This document shows positions 24,898 to 38,150 of a stretch of 64,000 bases of DNA, one piece after another. How positions within the stretch are numbered: position 1 is the first letter of the stretch; each line of letters starts with the position of its first letter. The translations under genes were made by a program, and so were the position numbers. The notes under the pieces were generated by a model, which saw nothing but the letters and a program-made list of their open reading frames with translations, searched no databases and had not been told where the DNA came from. Location: the NCBI GenBank assembly GCA_030770535.1, contig JASVEC010000026.1:124001-188000 (forward strand). The letters are read 5' to 3'. This stretch comes from Batkoa obscura (taxonomy: Eukaryota).

Positions 24898-26974
24898 TCA
24901 CTTACCACATAAGTTTTTAAAACCCATAGTAGCTGGTTTAATTTGATACTTTGTATTATTAATAAATTCACATTCCCAAGCATGGTATCTAGCGAAATCT
25001 AATTTAGACGAACAAATTGGAAATTGAGGTGCTTCTCTTTTATAAATTTCTCTTAATGGTAGACTCAATACTTTTAAATCTTGATCTAAAAGGTTCAAGT
25101 TTCTACATTTTACTACCGCTTTTAAAGCATGAAAAGCAGCCATTGGAATGGTCCAATCACTTGCTTCACGTATTCCCCAATATGGGTGACGTGATCCTGT
25201 ATATATTTCATATTGTCGATAATCGAGAAGTTGGATAATGTTTTGACAACTTTTTAAGCATGTGGTTTGATAGTATGTTAATTTGGGACTATTGATTTGG
25301 GATACTACAAAAGCATCCATAATGGGTTCAACTAAATCAATTAATAATGTGTTTTTGATTAAGACTAATAAATAATCCGACATTGGTAAAGGGTAGTTAT
25401 TGTTATTGTTAGTTGTTTCTTCACTATTTGTATCACTACTACTACCGTTACTATCACTACTACTATTATTGTCTTGTTGATTATTCATATTAACGGTCAT
25501 TAATTGTTTAATTATTAACTCATCATCAAAAGCATATAATTGATTTAATTGATTAATATTTAATAATATAATTCTCTCATAATTCTGTAGGGATATCTCT
25601 TGATTAGTGTATAAATGACTTAACTTATTGCAAATATGTAAAATAGATATTGTCTTTGTTAATTTGCAACAATTTTTCATTCTTTTTTCTGCTAATAATT
25701 CTTCTTTACTCAGGTTTACACTCTCCTTCCATTCGATAGGCAATTCAATCATCTTTAAATCATCTTTACTTGTATTATTAAAGATACTTGGTTTGTTGAT
25801 AAAACAAGAAATTAATAAATCATATAATATAATAATTGCTTGTATTGTTTTGACTTCATAAAATTGAATTAAACCCATAGGATGACTATCTAACTTATTA
25901 TTGCTTAGTGCAATTTCATTCAAATGAATCATTTGACTCAATTTAGTAATTTCCATAATTCGATTATAGGCTAAGGCCTGTCCCATATTAATAAATTCCA
26001 TTGATAATAGTAATAAATTGGCTTGTATAAATCGTAATTGATCTTCGAAACACAATTGAAATGGACTTTGATTTAATATTTCTTTACATTTTAGATATAA
26101 TGGATCTTCGAATAAGGGTGGTAATTCTTGATTATTAAATTGTTGTGTCGCCATTTTGTTCCAATTTTTATCAAAGTTAATAATTCCACTATCTATTCAA
26201 TAGTTTATATTTAATATTATTATATTATGCTATATTATGTTATATTTTACCTCTTAAATAAACATACTTTGAATGTCTCAATACCTTTAGTGAAATAACG
26301 GTCAATAGAGGGGAAGGAATACCTTGTTTTTCTTTTTCTTTTTCATATAATATATGTTCTTCCGTAATAAAAGGATAAAAATCCATGTGTAAATCGATAA
26401 ATAATTTAGATACATCATTTTTGAAATTATCTAGAGATAAGCTATCTTGTATTTTAAAATTAAAACTAAATGAATTATTTAATATTATCATCTCTTTTAA
26501 ACTTTGTATATTTAACTTAATATATTCGATTTCTATTTTTTTAATAGCTTCCTTATCTTTCACTGTGTTATTATCTTTAGGTACTAACATAGATAAATTA
26601 GGTACTAACATTTTTGTATTTGCTTCTCCACTTAGTTTAATATATTTATCCGAAAAGTTGACTACTGGTGTCAGTTGTAATTGATTTAATAAAGCTAAAT
26701 CTGGGTCTTCATCCTTAGGTGTTAATAATTCTTCCGTATCCAATTGATAATCGATTAAGTTTAAATTCTTTGCCATGTTAAATAATTGGTTTAATCTCTT
26801 TCCTAGTACTCTTACTCGTTGTCGATCAAATTGTACTCTTTCTTCACCTTTAGCATTCAATTTAATTGGGGAATAATCACATATCAGGTTTAAATCAATA
26901 CAACGACTACATTTCGGTTTATTTTTACTACATCTTTTCTTGCTCCGACGGCAATTTAAACAATTTTTGATCAT
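24898..26974 (-). CDS. Zn(II)2Cys6 fungal transcription factor
   Basis: CLNCRRSKKRCSKNKPKCSRCIDLNLICDY. An intron at ~26250-26193 joins ORFs 26240..26974 and 24898..26154 in frame. Confidence 0.88.
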
Positions 26975-27603
26975 TTTTCTTTGTTGTCTTTGTTGTTCCT
27001 ATAAAGTGGAGTTGAAGCTCTTAAGAAATTAATAAATTTAATATTCAATTGAATTATTAATCCATTTTGAATCATGAACTTATTTAGCATGGATTGAAGG
27101 TTGAGGTGATGTTAGATTGGGTTGTAGCCTATAAAATTGTGTTTATTTTTAGTGGAAAAAGACTATTCGCTGCCAAAAATTTAGTCTTGATTATGAAAAC
27201 GGATATGATTTTTGATCAAATTATTGACGCTTTTAAAGCACTCTTTTAGGGTACTTATACTACTCAAATCACTTTTTAAAATAACAATATAATTATTATA
27301 CAATTAAAGGGCATTCAATAACTAATGCAGCATTGACAAATGTAATAATACTAATTTATGGTATTGTTATCTTCCTAGAACAATGCTAAATTTAAAATAA
27401 ATGCTTATGTAATTGGTTTGGAAATTGAAAACTATTTTTGCAAACATTGACAAACTTAATTTCCCCACCTTTGCGTAGTTTGAGGGAATAATAGTCAACC
27501 AATGAAATCATCTGCTGATATTATAATTTTAGTTGTTAATCTAAATTCATAAAAGTTAAATTAAGATTTAGTTTTTTTTCACAGACTTTTTTTTAATAGA
27601 AAG

Positions 27604-29429
27604 ATGAACATTAATAAATTATATGATAGGTAGGTCAATTGAGAAGAGCAGAAAGGATCTGGGATCTTGATTCAGATAGTAGAGAACTTGATACGTAAAT
27701 GCTATATGGATTTGCTTATTATTTTTTATTTCTTTAGTATCATCAATAATGCAATTGAAAGTAAGTTAAATTATGAACAAGGGTTAGAGCAAGAATCGTT
27801 TTATCGGCTGGATGAAATATTGAAAACCATTCAAGTGTTAAGGGATTTTAAAGTCAAATTTGATAATTTGGTGAGTTTATTTATCTAAATATCGATGGAA
27901 GGGATAACAAGATGAATGATTAAACTAATTTTTATCTAGAATTTATTTGAAGAAATGAAACAATTAGATTTAAGTTTAGAGTTGGGAAATAATAAAAATA
28001 CATATCTAAATAAAGAATTGAGTTTTAATAATAAAGTAACACTTTTATAGGCTGTAGTTTGTTTGGTATATTTAAATTTTATTTTTTGTCTAGATGAAAA
28101 ACTACTCAAGGGAAAATGCAGATGATAACAATAATGATAATAACGACCCAAAAACTACATTGGATAATACATTAACAGTAAAATATACTAATAGTTGTAT
28201 AACAATAATTTAATGTTTTTTATTAAGGATCAATTTATTAATCTAATAGTTAATAATAACACCAATTCAACAAGAGTATATAAAAGAAATTCCATATTGC
28301 CAATGATGCAACAAAGATTGGATAAATTATTTTTTAGTTATTTACAAAAAGTTTGTAATGATAGTAATATTTCATATATTATATTATTATATTAATTAGT
28401 TCTTACTTTATTTTCTTATTATCTATTTAGAATATATTAAAGACGATAAAGGAGAATTAATGTAAGTTTATTATTATTGTTGAGCATGAGTTGTTGATTT
28501 AATTTTTTACAAAGTCATCAATTAGTACGAATAAAAAAGAAAGAATTACGCTCAGATGATTATATCCCATTTAAATTTCGAATATCACCTTTTAGTAATG
28601 GATTTATGACTGAAATAAGAGAACATGGAATCAATGAAGCGAGTCTAGATTATTCAAAAATCAAATTATATCTCTGGAATCAACCATACATCTGTCGATT
28701 TAATTCTGAAGGACGAAAAAGTAAAACAAAAGGCACCCACATATGGACTATTGAAGCTAAACACCTTCCAGATGGCTTATGGAAATTTAAAAAATTTCAA
28801 CGAAAAATAGTGGAACCTTTACCAAGAGTGGCTTATATTGGTTTAAAATATGTTTGGTACCCAAAGATTTGGGATCCCCAAATACAGAGTAAGTAAAAAT
28901 TGATATTAAACTTATAAATAGTAAAAGAAATAGGGTTTTGTTAATGAAGGTATTTTAGAACCTAAAGCAGCCTTCTCTTCCCCTTGGTTACCAGATTGGT
29001 TAAGGTGGGAAAATAACTGTTTAACGGGGACTCCAGGACTAAATGATAAAAGTTGTGAAATATCAGCGGTGGCACAATACCAACAAGAAGATAAAAGTAG
29101 GTCCATATATGCATATTATCTAAATAAAACACTAATAATAATAATAATATTTATTTAATTTAGCTTATAGTATCTCAGTGAAATTTTTTTTAGCTGTAGC
29201 TCGATTAGATGGTTTAGAAATCAATAGTAGTACAACGAGTAATGAAATATCCATGGGCAATTGTAATCATTCATTAGATGTTATATTTAATAATTATTTT
29301 TCAGTGGGAAATACAATGGGACAAAATTTAAATAATATGGATTTAAGTAATAGTAATAATAGGGATATAAATGAGAATTCATTGAGTTTAAATCCAAATG
29401 AAAATTTATTCATTACTGAAGAGTTTTAA
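27604..29429 (+). CDS. Conserved fungal hypothetical protein (multi-exon)
   Basis: Spliced exons give DDKGELIHQ...YIPFKFRISPFSNGF...YLWNQPYICRFNSEGRKSKTKGTHIWTIEAK...PKIWDPQ...FSSPWLPDWLRWENNCLTGTP, a block I recognise from uncharacterised fungal proteins. Some exon borders are uncertain. Confidence 0.75.
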
Positions 29430-29853
29430 TAAAAAAATAAGGAAAGGGAGAAAAAAAGGAAAAAAGAAAGAACATAGGAGGATGTAAGTTAAAAAATTTA
29501 TATTAGAAGTTTAACAATAAAGTATAAAAGTGGATGAGTTTTGAGAGAGTATCGAATTTAATAACAATAATAATTTATTTATTAATGTTGTAATATTTAT
29601 CGTTTTTGATTATAGTTATTAGAATAATTAGTGAATATTTGAGGAATTATAATATTTAAAAAGTTGGAAGATTTAATTACGTTGAATTCAATTGCTTTCT
29701 TGTTGTATTGAGATTGTTATGCTATTTTAAATAAATGGAATTATTTTTAAGAAAAATATTTTGATTAAATATATATGATTCATTAGATTTAATTACCTCC
29801 CACTTAATAAAAGAAATCGCATAATAAACTCATTTCATATCTCAAATAAATGC

Positions 29854-31782
29854 TCAGTTTTTTAAATCTTTATTACTAATTCTCTTCTGTTTATCTCTTT
29901 TTAAAAATTGGGAATACCATTCATCAAACAATGAAAAATTAATATAATTAAAACAACAAGCATATTGAATTACATTTTGATGATAGCAATTAATCAAAGG
30001 TACAACTAATATTTGTAAATTCAATTTAATAAAATTTAATTTTTTACATTGAAATAACACACGAATGCTGTGAAATAGTGCTATAGTTATAGACCAATCA
30101 AAGATTTCTAAATAATTACTGGAGTAGCTGATAGTAGGAGTAATGTTAGAGGTAGGAACACTAGTGTTGTCAAATATTAATTGAATTAAATTTAATGCAG
30201 AAGATAAATAATGATATTTATAAAATTCTAAATTAACATTCATCATATTAATAATAATAAAAATTTCTAATAAAAAATCCATTAAATAAATTATTATGAT
30301 GTTTTTAATTAACAAACAACCAATCAATTGATTTTTATAAATATGATTTTTATTATTAGTTATTATTGATAACTCTTTGTCATTAAATAAGTTAAAATTT
30401 TTATCTAATAAATTATTTGTTTCCAATTCATATTGTTGTAATGTTAATTGTTTTAATTTATACTTTTGATTTAATTGATTTGTTTCTTTTAATAAATATA
30501 ATCCATTTAACAATTTGAAATTTAATAACATTTGATTAAACATTACTTCCTGTTCATCTAAAAGTTCCAGACTCTTCCTATATTCTAGAACAATCTCTTG
30601 ATTTTTATTATTCAAATTGATATTCCTTTGAACTGATAAATATAAAACAAACCCAAATTCAAATTCAAATATAATTAAAGTATCATATAATAATTTCATT
30701 TCAATTAATAATTCAAAACTTATCAAAGTAGAAGAAACATATTCTTTTAATTCATCTAATTTTAATATTTGTATTAATTTAAAACATATTATTAATCTTA
30801 ATTTCGATTCCATTATCAAATCTTGAGAGTGTTCAATATAACTTAATAATAAATTGCTTTGTAAATAGGTTAAGTTTTGATTCAACTTATGAATGTCCTT
30901 ATCATTATCTTTAAAACTAAATAAATCATCCGATGTATTTGTGTTTTCTATTTTCATTCTATTTTTAATAATTATATATAACGGATCTTTTTTTAATAGG
31001 ATATATTCTTTCGCTTGTCTGTTAATACATACTTGACTCGATTGAATATCCCATTTTATATACCCTTGTTCTAAGATTATTATTAATATAAATAATATAT
31101 AAAAAATAAAATAAAAATAATTCTTACCTCGAAAATAAATAAATTGTAAATGTCTAAGAACTTTCAATAAAATCACTGATAACAAAATTGAATTATATCC
31201 CTCTACTTCATTTTCTTTTCTCATTTCAAATTCAATCCTACGTCTTGTTATAAATGGATAGAATGATAAATGATGGTTTAAAAATAGTTCAAATAATATA
31301 CTTTTCAATGTCTTATGATTCATTTCTCTGGTCAACTTCATCTCATAACTTTCCATCCTTTTTAAAATACTTCTTATAATTGGTTGGTTAAAACTTAACA
31401 TAGCTTCTTTGACATATTTATCTAATAAATCCTTAATACTTTTCTTTTCTGTTCTTTTTATAGCGAAATTCCATCCTTTCCCAACTTTCTTTTTTTTCTT
31501 GTGTCCACCATCAATCATATATGTCTCTTTACATCCATTCTTCTTCTTCTTCCTCTCTCTTATCAACAACCCAATCATCCATTCCAACATATTCATTCTT
31601 TTCACTATTTTCGCTATTTTAATACCATCATTCCAACTTTCTTGTCTTTTTAACATTAATACTTCTTCTTCCATAGTGTTATAACTACAAATCAAATCAT
31701 TTTTATTACAGCGACCACATATTGGGTGTTCTCGTGTACATTTTTTTTTAGATAATCGACATGGAACACAGGTTTTGATCAT
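29854..31782 (-). CDS. Zn(II)2Cys6 fungal transcription factor, paralog of 24898-26974
   Basis: CVPCRLSKKKCTREHPICGRCNKNDLICSY. Shares the FYPFIT, LKVLRH, DPLY and DW(S/T)I..A.FH blocks with the paralog. A 57-nt intron at 31127-31071 sits at the same position. Confidence 0.87.
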   Translation of the reverse strand: MIKTCVPCRLSKKKCTREHPICGRCNKNDLICSYNTMEEEVLMLKRQESWNDGIKIAKIVKRMNMLEWMIGLLIRERKKKKNGCKETYMIDGGHKKKKKVGKGWNFAIKRTEKKSIKDLLDKYVKEAMLSFNQPIIRSILKRMESYEMKLTREMNHKTLKSILFELFLNHHLSFYPFITRRRIEFEMRKENEVEGYNSILLSVILLKVLRHLQFIYFRGKNYFYFIFYILFILIIILEQGYIKWDIQSSQVCINRQAKEYILLKKDPLYIIIKNRMKIENTNTSDDLFSFKDNDKDIHKLNQNLTYLQSNLLLSYIEHSQDLIMESKLRLIICFKLIQILKLDELKEYVSSTLISFELLIEMKLLYDTLIIFEFEFGFVLYLSVQRNINLNNKNQEIVLEYRKSLELLDEQEVMFNQMLLNFKLLNGLYLLKETNQLNQKYKLKQLTLQQYELETNNLLDKNFNLFNDKELSIITNNKNHIYKNQLIGCLLIKNIIIIYLMDFLLEIFIIINMMNVNLEFYKYHYLSSALNLIQLIFDNTSVPTSNITPTISYSSNYLEIFDWSITIALFHSIRVLFQCKKLNFIKLNLQILVVPLINCYHQNVIQYACCFNYINFSLFDEWYSQFLKRDKQKRISNKDLKN

Positions 31783-34073
31783 TTATAAATAAAGATAAAA
31801 TGAATTGAGCGTATGTATCTGAATTTAGTTATTGTAAAAATAAATTTATTATTATGTATCTAAGTTTGGTTATTGTGTATGTGGATTGGTTTATTGTATG
31901 CTGTCCAAGTGGGAAAAATTAATGATTCAATTAAGGATAATAATAAAATAAAAAAGCGATTATTGACATTAAACTTTTTTTTGAAGTTCCCATTTTATTT
32001 ATATTTTGGTTGAATTCCAAAAGCATTTGGAATAAAAGGTGTAAGAAATGGGAATATTGATTTTTTATAGCATAAAAAGCACTAAAAGCTAAAAGCACTA
32101 AAAGCATACAAATACAGCAATAAATAAGATTTCGATATAAAAACCTTGTTTTTGATATAACTTATTGGATATTACATCTAACAAGCACTATTTCAAACCG
32201 ACCCAAATGTCTTTAATTGACCTATTTGGGTTGATTTTGTTTTAACTAATATTCTATCAGTTCTCAACTATATGATTTCAAACGAAAGAGACTGACAGAA
32301 TGGTCCTCAAATATTATTATTATAGAATAGTTTTTAAAAATAACATAAAAATAATATAAAAATATAGCTAAAAAACAAAAATAAGTTTATCATACTAAAT
32401 GCAATAAGATTCAGAAAAAAGTTATAATATCAAAAAGTTCTTCTTATACTCTACATTAGATTGCTGTATATAAAAAGCATGATTCTAATTCTAATTCTAA
32501 TTCCTCATTATAACTACCAAGTATAAACATCAAATATAAAAATAACATCTTTTACAATTAAAAAGTGAAAGTTTTTATAACAAATCTAAATAAAAAAAAC
32601 TTCAAATCAACTATATATGAATTTGAAATATATTAAACCTTAATAGCAAAATTATTAGTTTGATTAGATTTATTATATAAATTATAGTTAATTTGATTAT
32701 AAAAATATCATCATTTTTATAAACAATTTAAATAATTATTATAACATAATTAATTATAAAGCTAATAAAACAATATTTTATAAAATAAAAATAAAAATAA
32801 AATAAATAAATAAAAAATCAAAGTAGTAAGATTAATAAGAAACTTAAATATATTAAAAGCGATAACAAAATTATTAATTAAAAATAGAATAAAAAATAGT
32901 AATAAAAAATAAAGTAAATTAAAAATAAAAATTGTGAATAAAAAACAAATAATCAATATATATAAAATAAATTAATAAATTCGAGCTATTTTTTTATAAT
33001 AATTATTTTAAATAAAATAACAAAATAACATTAATAAAACAGATAAATTTAAAACCAATAAAAAGTATATTATTTGATTTATTTTTGAATCAAAGATATA
33101 TAAAGTAATATATTTAATTAAATTAAATATATATTAACAAGTAAATAAAGAACTATATTATATCTATAAAAAAAACTTATTTAATAATAAAAAATAAAAT
33201 AAAATAAAATAAAGATATAATTTAAATAATTTACATACTTCTAAAATTTAAATTCAAGTTATTATAAAGCTTGATATAAAGGTTTAATGTAAAAAACCAG
33301 ATATAAAATATATTATAAAATAGCCTATAATATATATAAAATTATCATTTATAATTACATATTTATTAATAATAATATTTTTAATAAAAGTTCAAAATAT
33401 AAAAATAATATTAATAAATTAAAAATAAGTTTTAATATAGCTATATTTATTTAATATTAAAAAGTAAAATACAGATTAAAAATTATTCTATACTAATTTT
33501 AGTTATATATCTAAAAGCATTTGATTTTATCTGGATTTGGCTTCTATAAAATTAACACTGCATTAAAACTTAAATTTTAACTTAAGCTTAGATTTTAAAA
33601 AGTTAGCAATTATAAAAATATAGCATTAAATTTAATTTTTATTCAATTACACTTATAAAATTTCATATTTGTTTATAAAATAATTTAAAAAAACATATTC
33701 TGTTTATTTTAATAAGCTTTAAATTTAAAATTTTTAAAAAATATTAATTTTAATTAATGAAAATCAAGGGATTATATTAAGATATAAAAAAAAATGAAAT
33801 AAACAGAAGGTAATGTTTAATTAAATTTAATTAAATTATAACAATTAATATTATAATAATATAGATTGAAAACAAATAAAATATCAAAAAGTATCATATA
33901 AATCAAGTATTTGCATTGTTATTAACTGAAAATATTATAATAACCTATTTAATAAGTTTTATATTAAATAGTTTTGTAATAAATCAATTTTCAAATTGTT
34001 TTTTTTATTAATAATATTATTTATCTTCAATATTAAATTTAATTCGACTCATTTTTAATAACAATGATATTCC

Positions 34074-34538
34074 TGTGAAAGTTGATACTTAGTGGTCGAA
34101 GTTAAAAGCTACTCTTGCTTAATTAACTTGCCTTGAGTCGAAGGGTCTTAGTTTATGTAACTAAGGTAGACTTAACTTAATAGAAATAGTATGTAGTAAG
34201 CTACGAATTATGTAAACAAATACAATGGAAGATACTACTATAAAATCTATATCAGATGTTGTCAGAAAGACTTAGTGACTTTATTAATGATACGTTATCA
34301 GGGAGTAATCCAATTAAAAAAGTCTCGAGTTATCATATTGAAGAATCTCTTTTATACTCCAATAAGTATGGATATCAAAACGAGAAGATAATATTCTTTG
34401 CAATATGAAGTTAGAAATTCTCGCAGCAAATCAAAATAAGGGACTCGGACTTGGTTGTGTTTGAACTTGAGAACACAACAACTTAAATGATTGTTGTGTT
34501 ATAATCAATCCGAGAGCTAAATAAACCAATATTTCACA
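34074..34538 (+). mobile_element. Solo LTR (copy 4, 465 bp)
   Basis: TGTGAAAG...TTTCACA with TSD TTCC/TTCC. Shares the internal deletion of copy 3. Confidence 0.88.
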
Positions 34539-35541
34539 TTCCCATCTCCAACACTAAGCTTACCCCTGCACTCTCAGGTTATATCAATTCATTGAAACCT
34601 TTTGATTAGCCCATTACCATAGCTTTATTTTATATTAATCATATTTTATTTGAATGTCAAAAATATTCATTTATTAAGTTAAACATTCAAATTTAATTAT
34701 ACTATTAACTCATATTTACTATAAAAATACAATTTAATGACTATTGTTGTAATTATATGAATTTTTCAATAAGAAGGAAAAAGAAAGGAAGGAGAAGATG
34801 AAAGACAAAATTGACAATAATAAAAGTTCAATTTTTAAAAAAGTGTTTTGGTTAGTTGTTAGTGAAATGTAAATGTTTATTAGTATTTATTCAAGCTTTA
34901 TGTCTATAGAGCAAATTTTTCTTTTTTTTGTCATTTTATCGTTTTGTCTTTGATGTTGAAATGTTCAAAGTAGAACTTACTTGAAAGCAAGCGTATAAAC
35001 TTCTGTCAATACCAATAATTAAATCACCTACTTTTTGAAGTCTAATGCTATAATTTAATAAGATTTAATAGATGAATGCATTCTGATGAATGATGTAAAG
35101 AAGACTAATATCCAAGTTATTACTAAAATGGATGACGTATATATTAAATACGAAAATAAAATATAGTGAATTAATTCATTTTATGCTCATATAAAGTATA
35201 TAAACAATTAAATTACTTCCTCTGAAATCTTTTTTATTGAAAGTTTTAATTTATTTTCTAAAACTATGCCTCTAAATCATAGTTACGTTAATTTAGTTCA
35301 AAGTTCAAAGTATAGCTTTTACCTTACACTTGATTAAAGAGGCTTTAAAACTTTTCATTACCATTAGTCAAGTGTCAAGATACCTTGTCTTACCTTATGT
35401 TAACTTATTACTTGGTACATCACTCGGTTTAATAACTTCAGAGCCCTTACAACTTTCATTTTCAGATCTGTCAATTTCAGCATGAATGTTAGTATTTATT
35501 TGTTCATTTTTAATCGCTGTTGAATGAAAAAATTGCTATAT

Positions 35542-35640
35542 GGGGGTTTTTTTTTTTACTTCATTACTTTTTCCATCTTTTAAGCGCTATTTGAGTGGAA
35601 AAACTGTTAGTAAGATTCTTAAACATAAAAATATATCCCC
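35542..35640 (+). mobile_element. ~97-bp MITE (Sola-like family)
   Basis: GGGGGTTTT...AAAATATATCCCC with TSD ATAT/ATAT. Confidence 0.92.
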
Positions 35641-36096
35641 ATATAAAATTCGAAAAAAAACATTCAAGAGTAAAAATAAATTCAACTGGTTAGTTACACA
35701 ACTGCTGCAACTCTGTTGCAACCTAATTTGCAGTAATTTTTAGAGCTGGTTATTACTGCTTTTTTTTTCAAAGCCTAACAATTAATTTAGCCCGATTTTA
35801 ATAAAAATTTATTCATAAATAAACAGCTAATTAGGTTGTAATAGTGTTGTCCAAAGTAAAGTGACTTGTTATTTGAATTTAAGGAATTTTATTGGCCTGA
35901 TTGAGAATATTCAATTTTTCAAAACTGGATTTTAATACGAAATAAGAACGCAAGAACAAGTATTATCAACCTTTACCCAATGATATTTTAATAGTTACAA
36001 TAGAAGAGAGTGTAATTTATAATATTCTCTTTATATAAAGCACTTTTTTTTTCAATTTTAATTTTTTTTTTTTTCAATTTTGAATTGATTTCAATA

Positions 36097-37497
36097 ATGT
36101 TAATATTTTACTTAACCCTACTATTTCTCTTCAATCGATGTCTAACCCAAACCATCCCAAAACTCTCTGGTGGTAATTGTATGTTAATAAAAGATAAAAT
36201 TTATTATCTAGGTGGTTCTATACAAGATAATGGCAATAAAATAACACCAAATAAAGATGTTTATATGTTAAATTTAACAGATGAGAATTTTATGATTAAT
36301 AGTAATCAAGCCAAATGGATTAAAATAAATAGTAATGGACCACCTTCAATGTATGGTAATATTGTACAACCTAGTAATCATCCCAATGAAATTTATATGA
36401 TTGGTGGGGGAGATTCTAATATTTCTCAAGGTTTTCAAGTATATAATATAGATACTAATAAATGGAATACTAATGAAGTAGCATCTAAAGGGTTATCTAA
36501 TGTTCTTAAGAAGGAATTAGATAGTATTTCACCATTAACGAATACTTATACTGTTAACGTTGATGATAAAAGTATTTTTTATTTTGGTGGCAAATATATT
36601 AATAAAGATAAAAAATTGACATACAATGAAAAGATATTTTATTATAATATCAATGGAGGTACTTGGGAAGTGGAAAAATCAGGTTATAGAACAAGTATTA
36701 ATGGAGGTATATTTTATTTAAAACCAGCTATATCTAATTTTGGGGGTAAAACAAATGATAATAAATATCAAGATAGTAAAAGTTATAATACTTGGTCAAT
36801 AGATACTAAAAGTAGTAATATTAATACTATTAGTGGTAATAGTCCTATACCAACTATATCTAAATTTTCTACAACTACTGACGATAAAAATGAATTTGCT
36901 TATATTTTAGGAGGGACTGATAATAAAAATGGGAATTCAATTTATAAGTTAATGACTTCAACTATTAAAGTAGATGAGCCATTTAAGGTAGAAGGATTAG
37001 AAAGTTATGATAATGGTTGTTTAGTTTATTATCAAAATTATTTAATTTATTCTTTTGGTAGTAAAAATAATAAATATTCTGATAAAACTCAATTAATTCA
37101 ATTAAATGAAAAAAAATTAAGTGATAAATTAATTAAAGAGATAATATCAGAAGGAAAAAAAGAGACAAATGAAGGGGATAATAGTTCAAGTACAAATATA
37201 GGAGTAATTGTAGGAGGATCCATTGGTGGCTTTATAGCAATTATAGTTATCTTTGGAAGTATATTTTATTTCTATTTTAAAAACAATAAAAGGAAGAAAC
37301 AAGAAGAATTAAAACCACCTGAATATATTAAAGAGATTGTTTGGGCTGGTCAAAATAATCATCAAATTGAAATTGAATTTATTGATTCTTTTAGTACTCA
37401 AACTACTTGTATTGATGATGATGTGACTGATCCTGAAAATGTACCCTATTTCTTAACTGAAAGTGATTATCTTATTGATGCCAAAATTAAGCAGTAG
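36097..37497 (+). CDS. Single-pass membrane protein: signal peptide, Kelch beta-propeller, TM and PPxY-containing cytoplasmic tail
   Basis: ATG 36097 and Kelch GG motifs. TM IGVIVGGSIGGFIAIIVIFGSIFYFYF is followed by KNNKRKK and PPEY. Confidence 0.85.
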   Translation: MLIFYLTLLFLFNRCLTQTIPKLSGGNCMLIKDKIYYLGGSIQDNGNKITPNKDVYMLNLTDENFMINSNQAKWIKINSNGPPSMYGNIVQPSNHPNEIYMIGGGDSNISQGFQVYNIDTNKWNTNEVASKGLSNVLKKELDSISPLTNTYTVNVDDKSIFYFGGKYINKDKKLTYNEKIFYYNINGGTWEVEKSGYRTSINGGIFYLKPAISNFGGKTNDNKYQDSKSYNTWSIDTKSSNINTISGNSPIPTISKFSTTTDDKNEFAYILGGTDNKNGNSIYKLMTSTIKVDEPFKVEGLESYDNGCLVYYQNYLIYSFGSKNNKYSDKTQLIQLNEKKLSDKLIKEIISEGKKETNEGDNSSSTNIGVIVGGSIGGFIAIIVIFGSIFYFYFKNNKRKKQEELKPPEYIKEIVWAGQNNHQIEIEFIDSFSTQTTCIDDDVTDPENVPYFLTESDYLIDAKIKQ

Positions 37498-38150
37498 TCT
37501 TACTCTCATTCCAGTCCCCCCTCCTTTTAAATTTTAATTAATAAAGTTGAATTTTGATTTTATTTTATTTTGTGTGTTCTTTTTTTTTCTAAAACTACTT
37601 AGTAGACCAAAAGGATAGTAAAGTGTTCATTTCTATATATAATAGATATAAATTAATCTTAATAATAATGTAATACAATGTAAAACTCAAATTAATAATA
37701 ATATATTAGTGATCAATTTAAAAGTTATTGAAACATAAACTTTAATAATAATAAAATTTTAATTCATCTTTTATCAATATCATTTAAAAAAAAGTATATA
37801 ACTTCAAGTGTTTTATTACAAAGTAGAAATATAATAAATTCATATTATTTGATAAAAGAAACTGAGATTTTAGTTTTAGAATATCGAAACATTAATAGAG
37901 CAATTAAGATATAATGAATCCTTTTAAAAGGACAAATTAAAGATATAACCAACTTCTACTTCAATTTAGTATTTGAAATCAAACTTTTTAAAGCAATCAT
38001 CTTATTGGTTCCAAATCCAAATAGAATTATTTTTTCCAATCAAAAAAAAAGTTAGCTATTAAACTAACTATATTTAACTAATCTTTTCCATCTCTTTTTC
38101 AACATAAAAAAAAGTTATTTCAATTTTATATTATCAAAAACATATCATTT

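Noticed and set aside
27630..27738. TPP-aptamer-like words (TGAGA ... GAACTTGAT) in an intron
   Set aside because: The P4/P5 pairing and closing GCG..GG are absent, and the host gene has no evident thiamine link.
35540..35743. Short ORF-track entries (e.g. 593..781, 14367..14567, 15989..16219, 32762..32956, 35540..35743 and antisense ORFs inside real genes)
   Set aside because: These are low-complexity F/L/I/K/N translations of AT-rich DNA, MITE read-throughs or shadows of genes on the opposite strand.
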